Shown: positions 1 to 10,122, numbered from the stretch's first letter. The stretch: DNA of 64,000 bases from Patescibacteria group bacterium (GCA_030549845.1 JAUQQN010000001.1:6879-70878), one strand, 5' to 3'. Numbers and translations are program-made. The notes: generated by a model from the letters alone, not told the origin.

Positions 1-377
1 TCTAATTCTTTATTTTTTATCAAACCTTTCAAAATAGAACCACCTATTAGACCTACTCCAATTATCCCAATTTTTTTAAAGGGTATATCTATATTTTTGT
101 TTAAAAGAAATTTTTCCTTACTTATTTTAAAAATCAACTCATAAATTTGTGGGATAGAATCTTTTACTGCTTGATCTTTAGCTATATTTTTCAAATTTTC
201 TAAAATTTCTTTTTCTCGTTTTATATCTGTTATAGGAAGACCTAATTCTATTTTTCTTTTTATAATCTTTTGAGATAACCTAATTCTTTTTTCAAGAACT
301 CTAATAAGTTTTTTATCAATTTTGTCAATTTCTCTCCTTAAAATAGCAATATTTTCATCCAAGTTTGCCCTCCTCAT
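1..377 (-). CDS. Chorismate mutase / prephenate dehydrogenase (TyrA-like), 5' part only; gene runs off the window start
   Basis: rc translation from ATG at 375-377: MRRANLDENIAILRREIDKIDKKLIRVLEKRIRLSQKI (AroQ chorismate mutase motif), then IGIIGVGLIGGSILKGL (NAD-binding GxGxxG of prephenate dehydrogenase). Not in the ORF track because there is no stop in the window. Overlaps pheA 3' end by ~23 nt. Confidence 0.6.
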   Translation of the reverse strand, partial: MRRANLDENIAILRREIDKIDKKLIRVLEKRIRLSQKIIKRKIELGLPITDIKREKEILENLKNIAKDQAVKDSIPQIYELIFKISKEKFLLNKNIDIPFKKIGIIGVGLIGGSILKGLIKNKEL

Positions 378-1203
378 AAAAACCCAAAATTTTTAATTTG
401 TTAACTCTTTTTGAAAATTCTTTAATAATATCTATAATCTCTTCTATTTTTCTATTCTTAAAAACAAAATCTAAGAAAAAGAAGTACTCAAATGGTCTTG
501 TGGGGATAGGCCTTGATTCAATTTTTGTTAAATTTAAATTATTTTTAGCAAACACCTCTAATGATCTATATAAACTTCCTGGCGTATGAGATAAGACAAA
601 AATCAAAGAACATTTATCAGCTTTTTTATTTATTTTATATTTCTTTTCATGTGTAATTATTAAAAATCTTGTGTAATTAAAATCAAAATCTTGAATATTT
701 TCCTTTAAGATTTGTAAATTATATATTTTTGCACATTCTTTACTTGCTATGGCTGCTAAAGAAATATCTTCTGTTTCCGAAATAAACTTTGCCGCTCTCG
801 CTGTGTCAGAAAAAGCAATTTTTTCTAAATATGGATATTTCTCAAAAAATTTTTTACACTGTTCCAATGCCTTAGGATGGGAATAAACTTTTCTAAGATA
901 TTTTAATCTTAAATCAATAGGTATTTCTGATCTTATGCCCAAAAGAAAGAGGTTGATTTTCAAATAGATTTCTCCACAAACTTTAACAGGATATTTATTC
1001 AAAAAATCTACATTTTCATAAACTGAACCAGCTAAAGAATTTTCTATTGGTATTACACCATAATCAACTTCTTGTTTGGAAATTTTTTCGAAGATTTCTT
1101 TAAACTCATTTGTACCTATAAATTTTCCCTTTTTTGAAAAAAACTTATTACCTGCCAAATAAGAATAAGAACCTTCTATTCCTTGGTATGCTATTTTTAC
1201 CAT
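355..1203 (-). CDS. pheA: Prephenate dehydratase
   Basis: PDT domain (IAYQGIEGSYS...TRF) plus C-terminal ACT domain (ESRPIPTRPFEYFFFLDF). Confidence 0.85.
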   Translation of the reverse strand: MVKIAYQGIEGSYSYLAGNKFFSKKGKFIGTNEFKEIFEKISKQEVDYGVIPIENSLAGSVYENVDFLNKYPVKVCGEIYLKINLFLLGIRSEIPIDLRLKYLRKVYSHPKALEQCKKFFEKYPYLEKIAFSDTARAAKFISETEDISLAAIASKECAKIYNLQILKENIQDFDFNYTRFLIITHEKKYKINKKADKCSLIFVLSHTPGSLYRSLEVFAKNNLNLTKIESRPIPTRPFEYFFFLDFVFKNRKIEEIIDIIKEFSKRVNKLKILGFYEEGKLG

Positions 1204-1222
1204 TTAAAATTTAAACTGTAAT

Positions 1223-1447
1223 CTAAAATCCAACTGAGGCTTTTAAAATCTCTAATGATTTAAAATATGTATAGGCAATAATAATTCCTGCTATCAATCC
1301 TGCAATAAATCCAGCTAGACCGGAGGCTACAGATTTTCCTATGGATATCTTATAAACTTTTTGTTCTTTTACCACCAATTCTTCAAGAATTTTCTGGAGC
1401 TCATTAAACTGAAGATTTTCTTTTATTAAACCCATTTTACTTAACAA
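1223..1447 (-). CDS. Small hypothetical membrane protein (one TM helix)
   Basis: 74 aa; hydrophobic GLAGFIAGLIAGIIIAYTYF; sits between ilvE and pheA in the same orientation. Confidence 0.3.
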   Translation of the reverse strand: MLSKMGLIKENLQFNELQKILEELVVKEQKVYKISIGKSVASGLAGFIAGLIAGIIIAYTYFKSLEILKASVGF

Positions 1448-2360
1448 AAGTCAGCCACTTGTAATAATTTTTTAATTCGGCCCTTACTATTTTTTCAAAT
1501 GTTTCCTTTATTTTTTGAGTTATAGGCCCAATTTTGCCTTTGTTTATTAATTTTTTATCAATTTTAAAAATAGGGGTTATTTCAGCGGCAGTACCTGTAA
1601 AGAAAGCTTCATCTGCATTTAAAAGCTCTTTGACCGAAATGTCCTTTTCGAATGTTTTAATACCTAAATCTTTTGCTATTTTAATAACACTATCTCTTGT
1701 GATTCCTAATAGAATCGATCCTGGTTTTGGAGTATAGAGTGTATTCTTTTTTACTATAAAAATGTTTTCTCCTGGACCTTCTGCAACATATCCTCTAAAG
1801 TCTAACAATATTGCTTCATCATATTTTTTCTTTTTAGCCTCCATAGTTGCAAAAATAGAATTTACATAATAACCTGAAACCTTAGCAGTAGATATTACAG
1901 ATTGAGGATGAAGCCTTATGAAATCTGATACAATTACCTTAACTTTTTCTTTTAAATATTTACCCCATGGCCATACAGCAATAGCAATATTTAATTCTGC
2001 ACCTTCAGGATTTAGACCCATCTTCCCGTAACCATAAAAAACTATAGGTCTTATATAACCTTGATTTATTTTGTTTATTTTTACTAATTTTATTATTGCA
2101 TTTTTAATATCTTTTTTAGAAAACGGTATTCTCATTGAAAAAACTTTAGCAGAGTTAAAAAGTCTTTCTATATGTTCATTTAATCTAAATATAGCTGGCC
2201 CTTTTATAGTATTATATAACCTTATTCCTTCAAAAACTGCTGACCCATAATGCAAGGCATGAGAAAGAACATGAATCTTTGCTTGCTGCCATTTTACAAA
2301 CTTGCCATTTAACCAAATGTATTTTGTTTTTTCCATTTTATTTTTAAAATTATAAAACAA
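1437..2360 (-). CDS. ilvE: Branched-chain amino acid aminotransferase (class IV PLP enzyme)
   Basis: Motifs FEGIRLY, EGPGENIFIV, GITRDSVI typical of BCAT. Confidence 0.85.
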   Translation of the reverse strand: MFYNFKNKMEKTKYIWLNGKFVKWQQAKIHVLSHALHYGSAVFEGIRLYNTIKGPAIFRLNEHIERLFNSAKVFSMRIPFSKKDIKNAIIKLVKINKINQGYIRPIVFYGYGKMGLNPEGAELNIAIAVWPWGKYLKEKVKVIVSDFIRLHPQSVISTAKVSGYYVNSIFATMEAKKKKYDEAILLDFRGYVAEGPGENIFIVKKNTLYTPKPGSILLGITRDSVIKIAKDLGIKTFEKDISVKELLNADEAFFTGTAAEITPIFKIDKKLINKGKIGPITQKIKETFEKIVRAELKNYYKWLTFVK

Positions 2361-2384
2361 ATTTAATAAATATTTGTTAAAATT

Positions 2385-3035
2385 TTGGAAATAAAAATGA
2401 TATCATGCATAATACCTGCCTATAATGAAGAAAAATTTATAAAAGATGTAATAGAAACTTTAAAAAAATGCGAATTTATAGATGAAATAATAGTAGTTTC
2501 AGATGGTTCAACAGATAATACGGCTTTAATAGCAGAGAGTTTAAATGTGAATAAGGTAATACAATTAGAAAAAAACATAGGAAAGGCAGGAGCAATTTTT
2601 GAAGGCTTAAAATATGCAAAAGGAGATATCGTAATTTTAGTTGATGCTGATCTTAGAGGGTTGACAGAAAAAAATTTGTACCAACTTGTAAAACCTATTT
2701 TAGAAAATACAGCAGACATGACAATAGGTTCAGGAATTCCTTTTGTCATGAATAAGTTTTCAGGCTTAAGAGCATTAAGAAAATGGTTTTTAGAAAAAAT
2801 TTCAAAAGATTTCCCAGATTATTTTAAGTCTCTTGAATACAACATAGAAAATGAGTTAAATACCCAAGCTAAAATTTTAGGTTTAAGGGTAAAGTATATA
2901 AAAATGGAAGGAGTGCGAAATGTTCACAAAATAAAAAAATATGGTTTAAAAGAAGGATTAAAAAGAACTTTAAAAATGTATTTACAATTAGCCTTATATC
3001 CTAAAAAAATTAGAAAAAGAAATGGCGGTAGTTAA
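2385..3035 (+). CDS. Family 2 glycosyltransferase (dolichyl-phosphate mannosyltransferase-like)
   Basis: CIIPAYNEE...VVSDGSTDNT...DADL motifs; track start is TTG at 2385, an ATG at 2397 (MISC...) is the more likely start. Confidence 0.75.
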   Translation: MEIKMISCIIPAYNEEKFIKDVIETLKKCEFIDEIIVVSDGSTDNTALIAESLNVNKVIQLEKNIGKAGAIFEGLKYAKGDIVILVDADLRGLTEKNLYQLVKPILENTADMTIGSGIPFVMNKFSGLRALRKWFLEKISKDFPDYFKSLEYNIENELNTQAKILGLRVKYIKMEGVRNVHKIKKYGLKEGLKRTLKMYLQLALYPKKIRKRNGGS

Positions 3036-3039
3036 AATT

Positions 3040-4965
3040 TTATTTGATAGTTTGAAGAATATCTAAAATCTGAGGATCCAAGCTTAAATTATAGGCAGTT
3101 TGAATTATTTGTTTAGCCAAATTTTTATTTCCTATATTTAAATACACTAAGCCAAGATTCAAATAATGAGTATGATTTGTTGGGTCTAATTCTATTGCTT
3201 TTTTATAATTATCAACCACTAAGGTTAACACTTGTTGATTATTTAAGCCAAGATTTTGGTATATGCTTGCTAAGTTAGAGTAATTTAAGGGCTCTTTAGG
3301 ATTTAAAAGAATAGCTGTATTTGCAGAATTTATAGCATTTGACAACGAATTCAAAATAAATTGTTGAGTTTGGGGTGATGTAGTGGCAAGATTTTGTATA
3401 CTTTGATTAAGTTTTTGCATCATTAAAAAGCTTAAATCTCTATAATACAAATCTGTAGTTGGGTCTATGGTTATTGAAATAACTAAATTATTAATAGCTA
3501 AGTCTAAATTATTATTTTGAAAACTTAGTATACCCTTTGCATAGTATACATTGGCTATATATTTCAAAGAAATAGAATATAAAAAGTAAATTATTGTTAC
3601 AATTAAAAGAACCCATATAATAAATGAGGTGATTTTTGTAAATTTATTTTTGTCAATTTCTAACTTTAATGAATCTTCTTTCGAAATTGATGTTATCATA
3701 CCTAAAAGGAAAAACATATAAATTCCATTTACTAAGCCTAATGGATAATATAAGGTGCTTAATGCTAGAATCAAACCTAAAGGGTAAAAGAGTTTTACTT
3801 CGATTAAGTTTATGTTTTGAATATTGAGCAACAAAAGGTAAAGCAGAAAGAAAAGAAAGGTAATAAAAGTTAAAAATCCTGTTTCACAAAGAAGTGTGAA
3901 AAGAAAATTGTAACCTTGCTCAAATCTCAATAAAGGTTGATATGGAAGTTGAGGTTTGTATTTAAGCCAGTTGTACAAAAAAGTATTTGGCCCAGTGCCT
4001 AATAAAAGATTTTTAATACTTTCATTAAGAGATCTAAAGGTTATCTGAAGAGTGACATTTAGGTTTGGCCTTGACTCTAAAATAGGTTGTGTTTTAAAAA
4101 TATTATTCAAAAATATGCTCAAATATGATGAGAAGAAGTATAAAATTATAAATATTGTCAAAATGGTTAGCCAATAAAAAGATTCTTTATCCAAAGGCTT
4201 AAAATGGAAGTGTTTATAGGCAAGTAAGGCAAGTATTATTAAGGAAAGAAGAAGCCATATTTGATTGAAATTTATAATTGTCATTAAAAACATACTAATC
4301 AACAAATTGATTATAGATAAAACAGTAATAAAATAAAACAGTTTTTTATTCTCTATTATTTCATGTAGAGATTTTAAATTAAGTAATATTAAAAGAGAGA
4401 AAAATAAACCTAACGAGATAAATATCACTAAATCAGAGATGCTTCCAATAAAGAAAATCCCAACGATGGTAAGTGGTTTTTGAAAAATAACAAAAAGAGT
4501 GAAAATGTTTGAAATAAAAAATATAACAGGAAAAATAAACAATAAAATTTTAATGTCTTCTTTTTGTAAAAGATAAATAGAAATCAGAAAGGTCAAAAAA
4601 TATAAAATATATGCAAGAAAAGAATGGGATGAAGATAATAAACCATACAAAGAATAATATTTAGCTTGGGATAAAAATGAGCTCGTTAGAGTAAGAATTA
4701 AAAATAAAAGAAAAATCAAAATAAATATCCATGCTTTTATTTTTATCTCTTTATTTATTAAGATGTTATTAAGTGTGGATAAAAATATTAATCCGAGAAG
4801 TATAGCCAGTAAAAATGTTTTATTAATTAGAACAAAATTGGAAGTATTAGTTAAAAAGAAAAATGGCAAAATAAAGATTGTTAATATTAATAAATATTTA
4901 GCAAGAAAATAAAAAACATTTTGGTAAGAAATTCCTTGGATTTTTAAAATTTTTAATGCTTTCAT
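3040..4965 (-). CDS. Polytopic membrane protein, O-antigen ligase/Wzy-like, with C-terminal TPR repeats
   Basis: >12 predicted TM segments, then TPR-like repeats (AYYAKGILSFQNNNLDLAINNL, AIELDPTNHTHYLNLGLVYLNIG). Confidence 0.55.
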   Translation of the reverse strand: MKALKILKIQGISYQNVFYFLAKYLLILTIFILPFFFLTNTSNFVLINKTFLLAILLGLIFLSTLNNILINKEIKIKAWIFILIFLLFLILTLTSSFLSQAKYYSLYGLLSSSHSFLAYILYFLTFLISIYLLQKEDIKILLFIFPVIFFISNIFTLFVIFQKPLTIVGIFFIGSISDLVIFISLGLFFSLLILLNLKSLHEIIENKKLFYFITVLSIINLLISMFLMTIINFNQIWLLLSLIILALLAYKHFHFKPLDKESFYWLTILTIFIILYFFSSYLSIFLNNIFKTQPILESRPNLNVTLQITFRSLNESIKNLLLGTGPNTFLYNWLKYKPQLPYQPLLRFEQGYNFLFTLLCETGFLTFITFLFFLLYLLLLNIQNINLIEVKLFYPLGLILALSTLYYPLGLVNGIYMFFLLGMITSISKEDSLKLEIDKNKFTKITSFIIWVLLIVTIIYFLYSISLKYIANVYYAKGILSFQNNNLDLAINNLVISITIDPTTDLYYRDLSFLMMQKLNQSIQNLATTSPQTQQFILNSLSNAINSANTAILLNPKEPLNYSNLASIYQNLGLNNQQVLTLVVDNYKKAIELDPTNHTHYLNLGLVYLNIGNKNLAKQIIQTAYNLSLDPQILDILQTIK

Positions 4966-4983
4966 GGTTTGATAAAAATTATA

Positions 4984-5694
4984 TCAAATTAAAATGTTAT
5001 CTGCTATAAATTGTGGATATGTTTTATGAAAGCTATGTCCCCCTTGAGGACAAATTATTAATTTTGAATTTTTAATCAATTTATTGATTATATAAGCATT
5101 TTTTAGAGGTGTGATTTTGTCTTTTTTACCCCAAATTAATATCGTTTCTGTTTTTATTTCAGGCAAAATAGGAGTTAAATCTTCAGAAATTACATTTTGC
5201 ATTGTTTTTTGCATAATAGGGGGAAGTTTTAAGTAATCAGTAGAACCAGTAAAAATTTTATAAAAAACCTTTTTGCAAAAAGGTGAAAGAGTAAAAAGAG
5301 TTTTTCCTAAGGGTTTAAATATACTAAGTATTTTTTGTATTAATGATTTTTTCCTAACACAAGCTCCATTGTATATTATTAATTTTTCCACTTTTTCTGG
5401 ATAAAGATAAGTAAATTTACAAGCTATCTGCCCGCCGAATGAATGCCCCATTAAATAAAATTTATCTATTCCCTTCTCTTCTAGGTATTTTTTCACATAC
5501 TCTACATAATCATCTAAAGTAAATGGCCTTTCAAGCTCTTTATTACTACTAAATCCTGGCAAAATAATAAATTCAACATCAAATTTTTCTTTTAAGCAGT
5601 TAACTAATTCTTTATAAAAATCAAAAATATTTTCTTCTCTATTAATAATATATTTATTTATCCATCCATGCAAAAAAACCAACTTCTTTTTCAT
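4984..5694 (-). CDS. Alpha/beta-fold hydrolase
   Basis: GHSFGG nucleophile elbow (GxSxG), later HSFH. Confidence 0.7.
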   Translation of the reverse strand: MKKKLVFLHGWINKYIINREENIFDFYKELVNCLKEKFDVEFIILPGFSSNKELERPFTLDDYVEYVKKYLEEKGIDKFYLMGHSFGGQIACKFTYLYPEKVEKLIIYNGACVRKKSLIQKILSIFKPLGKTLFTLSPFCKKVFYKIFTGSTDYLKLPPIMQKTMQNVISEDLTPILPEIKTETILIWGKKDKITPLKNAYIINKLIKNSKLIICPQGGHSFHKTYPQFIADNILI

Positions 5695-5707
5695 CTTACC
5701 TTAATTG

Positions 5708-5737
5708 AACAAATAATTCCGTACGGAACTATTTGTT
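5708..5737. repeat. 30-bp palindromic repeat AACAAATAATTCCGTACGGAACTATTTGTT (family P2, copy 1)
   Basis: Near-perfect palindrome with CCGTACGG centre; exact reverse complement of copy 2 at 6484-6513. Confidence 0.8.
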
Positions 5738-5747
5738 TAATTATGAT

Positions 5748-6434
5748 TTACTCATGGGGTTTAATTTTATTTAAATGGAATTTGTATTTTAAAACTTCTT
5801 CTCCTTCTATTACTTTCGCTTTAATATATATTATATTTTCATATACACCTAAAACAGCACTTAAAAAATCAATTTCTTTTTTAATATCAAAAGGATAAAC
5901 ATATACACTTTTTTGTAATCTATATAACCCCAAATTTTTTAACCACTTAGAAAATAATTTACGAAAAATTTCTTTTTTATTTGGAATATCAAAAATAACA
6001 ATCCTCCAATAACCATCCCATTCTTTATATTTTGGCAATTTTAATAATGAAAGGCTGTATTTTAATATATATTTTTTACCCTCATCATTTATTGTGATAA
6101 AATGTTCTTCTCCTTTTTTTGTTATTCTAATCAATTTTCTTTTTTTCAATTTTTCTATACTATATATAAAATTTTTGGGTGTGGTATTAAACTTTTTGCT
6201 TATTTTTTTCAAAAATGGATATAAACCTGAAGGCAAATTTGGAAAAAGAAAAGCTGCAGTAATTACTCCCCCTAAAGCTAGGAAGATTAATATATCTCTC
6301 ATTAGTTCATTTCTTTTTCTTCTTATCGGAGTATTTTGATAATCTTTATCTACAATATTTTTTTCTTTCAAAGACTTTTTTAAATATAAATAAGCTAATT
6401 TTTCTATATCTTGAATATTCTTACCCTTTTTCAT
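5748..6434 (-). CDS. Putative transcriptional regulator, PaaX-C/Cas2-like domain with N-terminal TM segment
   Basis: C-terminal WRIVIFDIPNKKEIFRKLFSKWLKNLGLYRLQKSVYVYP resembles PaaX C-terminal / Cas2-like fold; flanked on both sides by inverted copies of the P2 palindrome. Confidence 0.35.
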   Translation of the reverse strand: MKKGKNIQDIEKLAYLYLKKSLKEKNIVDKDYQNTPIRRKRNELMRDILIFLALGGVITAAFLFPNLPSGLYPFLKKISKKFNTTPKNFIYSIEKLKKRKLIRITKKGEEHFITINDEGKKYILKYSLSLLKLPKYKEWDGYWRIVIFDIPNKKEIFRKLFSKWLKNLGLYRLQKSVYVYPFDIKKEIDFLSAVLGVYENIIYIKAKVIEGEEVLKYKFHLNKIKPHE

Positions 6435-6483
6435 CCTAAATGGTAAAATTATAAAATAAAAAATTAAAAAATAAATTAATTTA

Positions 6484-6513
6484 ACAAATAGTTCCGTACG
6501 GAATTATTTGTTT
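6484..6513. repeat. 30-bp palindromic repeat, family P2 copy 2 (inverted relative to copy 1)
   Basis: AACAAATAGTTCCGTACGGAATTATTTGTT; lies in the divergent spacer between the PaaX-like gene and recG. Confidence 0.8.
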
Positions 6514-6532
6514 TATAAAAGAAGGAAGAAAA

Positions 6533-8620
6533 ATGGAATTGGAAGATTTGGAAATTCCTTTAACTGAGTTTAAGGGAATAGGAGTAAAAACTGCAGAAAA
6601 ATTTAGAAAGAACAAGATCTTGACAATTAAAGATCTATTATATTTTTTTCCTTATAGATATGATGACTTAAGGAATGTTGTAAAAATTAAAGAAGCTAAA
6701 ATTAACGAATATTGCGTAATAGTTGGACAGATTAAAAATATAAAAGTTTTCCCTACTCCTAAAAAGAAGATGATATTGATCCAAGGAATTATTGAAGACG
6801 AAACAGGTTCATTAAAAGTTATTTGGTATAATCAAACTTATATTGCAAAACTCTTAAGCGGTGCTCCGTATGTTATGCTTTATGGGAAGGTTATAAAAAA
6901 TAAATATGGTTTACATCTTTCTAATCCAGATTTCAAAATTTTAGAAAGAGGTGTAAAGTTTAAGGGAGAAATAATTCCTGTATACAGAGAAATAAGCGAA
7001 ATACCTTCTGGTTTCATAAGAAGGATAATTTTAGAAATTTTTAAAAAATTTCCTATAAACAAGCTACAAGATCCGATTCCAGAATTGATAAGAATAAAAG
7101 CAAATATTCCAGAAATTTCAAAAGCTTTAATTGCTATTCATAAGCCTACAAATTTGGAAGAGATTGAAAAAAGCAGAAGAAGATTTTTGTTTGAAGAAAT
7201 TTTCTATGTCCAATTAAAAATCAATCAAGAAAAAATCATGCTTAAATTAGAAAAATCTCCCTCTATAAATTATGATCCTAATTTAATCGAGGACTTTCTT
7301 CAAAAAATAAACATAACCCTAACTAATGCCCAAAAGGAGGTTTTTAATGAAATTTTAAATGACCTCAATAAGCCTTATCCTATGAATAGATTGATACAAG
7401 GAGAAACGGGGGCTGGTAAAACTTTAATTGCGGAATTAATTACTTTACTAACTGTAAATAGCGGATATATGGTAATTTTTATGGCTCCTACTGAAATATT
7501 AGCTAACCAACATTTCCACCGATTTTTAAATGATTTTTCTTATTATGATTATGGCATAGGTTTATTAATAAAAAATTCAGGATATTATGGAATTCATGGT
7601 TTTAAAGTAAGAAAAAATAAAGAAGATATAATCAGACTAATTTTGAGCAAAAAAATAAATATTTTAATTGGAACACATGCTTTAATCGAAAGTCCTATTC
7701 CCTACCCTAACGTAGGTCTTGTAATTATTGATGAACAACAAAGATTTGGGGTTAATCAAAGAAAAAAATTGTTAGAAAAATCATCTCAAGATTATTTGCC
7801 TCATTTTATATCAATGACAGCAACACCTATTCCAAGAACTTTATATTTGGCATTTTATGGGGATTTAGATCTTTCTATATTAAAAGAAAAACCACCCGGG
7901 AGGAAAGATGTTAAAACTTATGTAGTGGATAAAGAAAACATAAATGAAGTTTGGAATTTTGCAAGAAAAGAAGTTGAGAAAGGTCATCAGGTTTTTGTCA
8001 TTTGTCCAAGAATAGAAAAAAGTGATACTGGTAAATATGAAATTAGAACAGTTAAAGAAGAATATGAGAAAATAATAAAATTGTTTCCTGATTATAATGT
8101 AGCAATGCTTCACGGTAAAATGAATAGCCTAGAAAAAGAAATGATAATGAAAAAAATGCAAAATGGAGAAGTTCAGATTTTAGTAGCTTCATCTGTAGTA
8201 GAAGTAGGAATTGATTTACCTTTAGCTACAGTTATAATAATAGAAGGAGCAGAAAGATTTGGACTATCTCAATTACATCAACTTAGAGGAAGGGTTGGAA
8301 GATCTATTCATGAAAGCTATTGTTTTCTAATTCCGGAAGTTTATACTCCTCTTTCTTATAAGAGATTAAAAATTCTAGAAGAATCACAAGATGCTTTTTA
8401 CATCGCAGAAAAAGATCTAGAAATAAGAGGACCTGGGGAACTTTTGGGTGAAAAACAATCTGGAATTCCAGATTTGGCCATGGAAGCTCTTTCAAATATA
8501 GAAATAGTCAATTTAGCTCAAAAATTAGCAGAAGAACTCATTTCACAAAATCCTAAACTTGAAGGTTATCCACTTTTACGAAGAGAAATTGAGAAAAGGA
8601 AAGAATTTGTCATAAGTTAA
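6533..8620 (+). CDS. recG: ATP-dependent DNA helicase RecG
   Basis: N-terminal wedge/OB region, helicase motifs GETGAGKT, DEQQRFGV, QLHQLRGRVGR. Confidence 0.9.
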   Translation: MELEDLEIPLTEFKGIGVKTAEKFRKNKILTIKDLLYFFPYRYDDLRNVVKIKEAKINEYCVIVGQIKNIKVFPTPKKKMILIQGIIEDETGSLKVIWYNQTYIAKLLSGAPYVMLYGKVIKNKYGLHLSNPDFKILERGVKFKGEIIPVYREISEIPSGFIRRIILEIFKKFPINKLQDPIPELIRIKANIPEISKALIAIHKPTNLEEIEKSRRRFLFEEIFYVQLKINQEKIMLKLEKSPSINYDPNLIEDFLQKINITLTNAQKEVFNEILNDLNKPYPMNRLIQGETGAGKTLIAELITLLTVNSGYMVIFMAPTEILANQHFHRFLNDFSYYDYGIGLLIKNSGYYGIHGFKVRKNKEDIIRLILSKKINILIGTHALIESPIPYPNVGLVIIDEQQRFGVNQRKKLLEKSSQDYLPHFISMTATPIPRTLYLAFYGDLDLSILKEKPPGRKDVKTYVVDKENINEVWNFARKEVEKGHQVFVICPRIEKSDTGKYEIRTVKEEYEKIIKLFPDYNVAMLHGKMNSLEKEMIMKKMQNGEVQILVASSVVEVGIDLPLATVIIIEGAERFGLSQLHQLRGRVGRSIHESYCFLIPEVYTPLSYKRLKILEESQDAFYIAEKDLEIRGPGELLGEKQSGIPDLAMEALSNIEIVNLAQKLAEELISQNPKLEGYPLLRREIEKRKEFVIS

Positions 8621-8632
8621 AATTAAATTAAT

Positions 8633-9262
8633 ATGCTTTTTAGATCAAACAAAGAATTAGTAGATTATTTAATAAATACAGGGGTTTTAAGGACTGAAAA
8701 AATTATTCAAGCTTTCTTAAATATTGATAGGAAAAATTTTGTAAGAGAAGAAAACTTATTTGAAGCCTACGGTGATTATCCTCTTTATATTGGAGAAGGA
8801 CAAACAATTTCTCAACCATGGACCGTTGCTTTTATGTTGGAATTACTCAATCCACAAGAGGGACAAAAAATCTTAGATGTAGGATTTGGATCTGGTTGGA
8901 CTACTTCTTTGCTTGCCTATATAGTTGGTGAGAATGGAAAAGTTTATGGAATTGAGATATTGCCTTCTATATTTGAATTTGGAAAGAATAATATTTCAAA
9001 ATATAACTTTTTAGAAAAAGGCAGGGTTGAATTAAAATTAGGAGATGGATCCAAAGGTTGGAAGGAACATTCTCCTTTTGACAGAATTTTAGTGAGTGCT
9101 GCAGCAAAAGAAATTCCTCCAAAACTAATAGAGCAATTAGGAAATAATGGAATTTTAGTAATCCCTGATAGAAATGGAATATGGCAGATTGTTAAAAAAG
9201 ATAGCGAATTAGAAAAAAATTATTTTCCAGGCTTTGCTTTTGTGCCATTAGTAGAAGAGTAA
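8633..9262 (+). CDS. pcm: Protein-L-isoaspartate O-methyltransferase
   Basis: LDVGFGSGWTTSLLAYIVG SAM-binding motif and overall PCMT architecture (~209 aa). Confidence 0.8.
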   Translation: MLFRSNKELVDYLINTGVLRTEKIIQAFLNIDRKNFVREENLFEAYGDYPLYIGEGQTISQPWTVAFMLELLNPQEGQKILDVGFGSGWTTSLLAYIVGENGKVYGIEILPSIFEFGKNNISKYNFLEKGRVELKLGDGSKGWKEHSPFDRILVSAAAKEIPPKLIEQLGNNGILVIPDRNGIWQIVKKDSELEKNYFPGFAFVPLVEE

Positions 9263-9285
9263 CTAGTTTGTACGCGATAAAATTC

Positions 9286-9774
9286 CTAACTTCTCCTAAT
9301 TTTCTTTCTTAGAGCTTTTTTCAAGCTCTTAATTTTCTTTTCTTTTATTCTCTCTTCCTTTGCCTCTTTGCTCTCTTTAGATTCAAAAATTCGAGGTTTG
9401 GGAAAAAGTTTTTCAATAATTTTATATATCTTTTCAAGTAATCTTTCAGTGGCTAATTTTTTATTTTTTAATTGGCTTCTTTCGTCTTCAGAAATTGCTT
9501 CAATAAATTTGCCTAATTCTTTTATTTTTAATTTTTGATTAACACTTATTGGAAGCTCTAAATCTCTTTCTAATATGTTAATAAAATCATTTATAGAAAT
9601 CTTTGCCCTAACTTTCGATTTTGTTGTATGCAGATACTGGCCACCATGCTTTGAGGCTGTCATAAATTCATAATTTATATACTTTTCAAAAAACTTAGAA
9701 ATTTTCTTTTTCTCATTTAAAAGAGAATTTACTTTCTCATGTAATTGTTCTTTTTCGTAATAATCAAGGGGCAT
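9286..9774 (-). CDS. Hypothetical Lys/Glu-rich protein
   Basis: ORF only; no recognisable motif. Confidence 0.3.
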   Translation of the reverse strand: MPLDYYEKEQLHEKVNSLLNEKKKISKFFEKYINYEFMTASKHGGQYLHTTKSKVRAKISINDFINILERDLELPISVNQKLKIKELGKFIEAISEDERSQLKNKKLATERLLEKIYKIIEKLFPKPRIFESKESKEAKEERIKEKKIKSLKKALRKKIRRS

Positions 9775-9826
9775 AATTTTTTAATTTTTTTTATTAATTT
9801 CGACTTGCTTTTATAATTATATAATA

Positions 9827-10120
9827 ATGCTAACAAAAGAAGAATTAGAACATTTAGCAAAATTAGCAAAGATTGAATTTAAAGAAAAAGAGTTAGAAAA
9901 AATTTTGGAAGATATTGAAAAAATTTTTGGCTATGTAAATGAAATCCACAAATTAGATTTAGAAAATTATGAACCAATGATAGGAGGACCTATTCAAACA
10001 TTAGGATTAAGAGAAGATATTAAAGAGGTGTGCGATTTAGAAATTAAAGAACTGATCATCAATCAATTTCCAGAAAAAGAGAAAAATTTCTTAAAAGTTC
10101 CTAAAATAATTGAAAAATAA
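9827..10120 (+). CDS. gatC: Asp-tRNA(Asn)/Glu-tRNA(Gln) amidotransferase subunit C
   Basis: 97 aa, LTKEELEHLAKLAKIEF...E.E...DL pattern typical of GatC. Confidence 0.7.
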   Translation: MLTKEELEHLAKLAKIEFKEKELEKILEDIEKIFGYVNEIHKLDLENYEPMIGGPIQTLGLREDIKEVCDLEIKELIINQFPEKEKNFLKVPKIIEK

Positions 10121-10122
10121 AT

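Noticed and set aside
2420-2749. Antisense ORFs inside well-supported genes (2420..2749, 15697..15879, 15971..16228, 16391..16702, 18561..18767, 28154..28453, 29231..29566, 30007..30228, 30552..30776, 43169..43372, 52031..52371, 59640..59939, 60501..60713, and similar)
   Set aside because: Each lies wholly within a longer ORF on the other strand that has clear domain signatures. They have low-complexity or Ser/Phe/Ile-rich composition typical of shadow ORFs in AT-rich DNA.
5668-5898. 76-aa plus-strand ORF spanning the P2 palindrome and the 3' end of the PaaX-like gene
   Set aside because: It overlaps a better-supported opposite-strand gene and runs through a hairpin repeat; likely spurious.
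9300-9345. Hairpin AGAGCTT-TTTTCA-AGCTCT plus T-tract downstream of pcm as a terminator
   Set aside because: It lies inside the coding 3' end of the convergent 9286..9774 ORF and the stem is only 7 bp of mixed composition; too weak to call.
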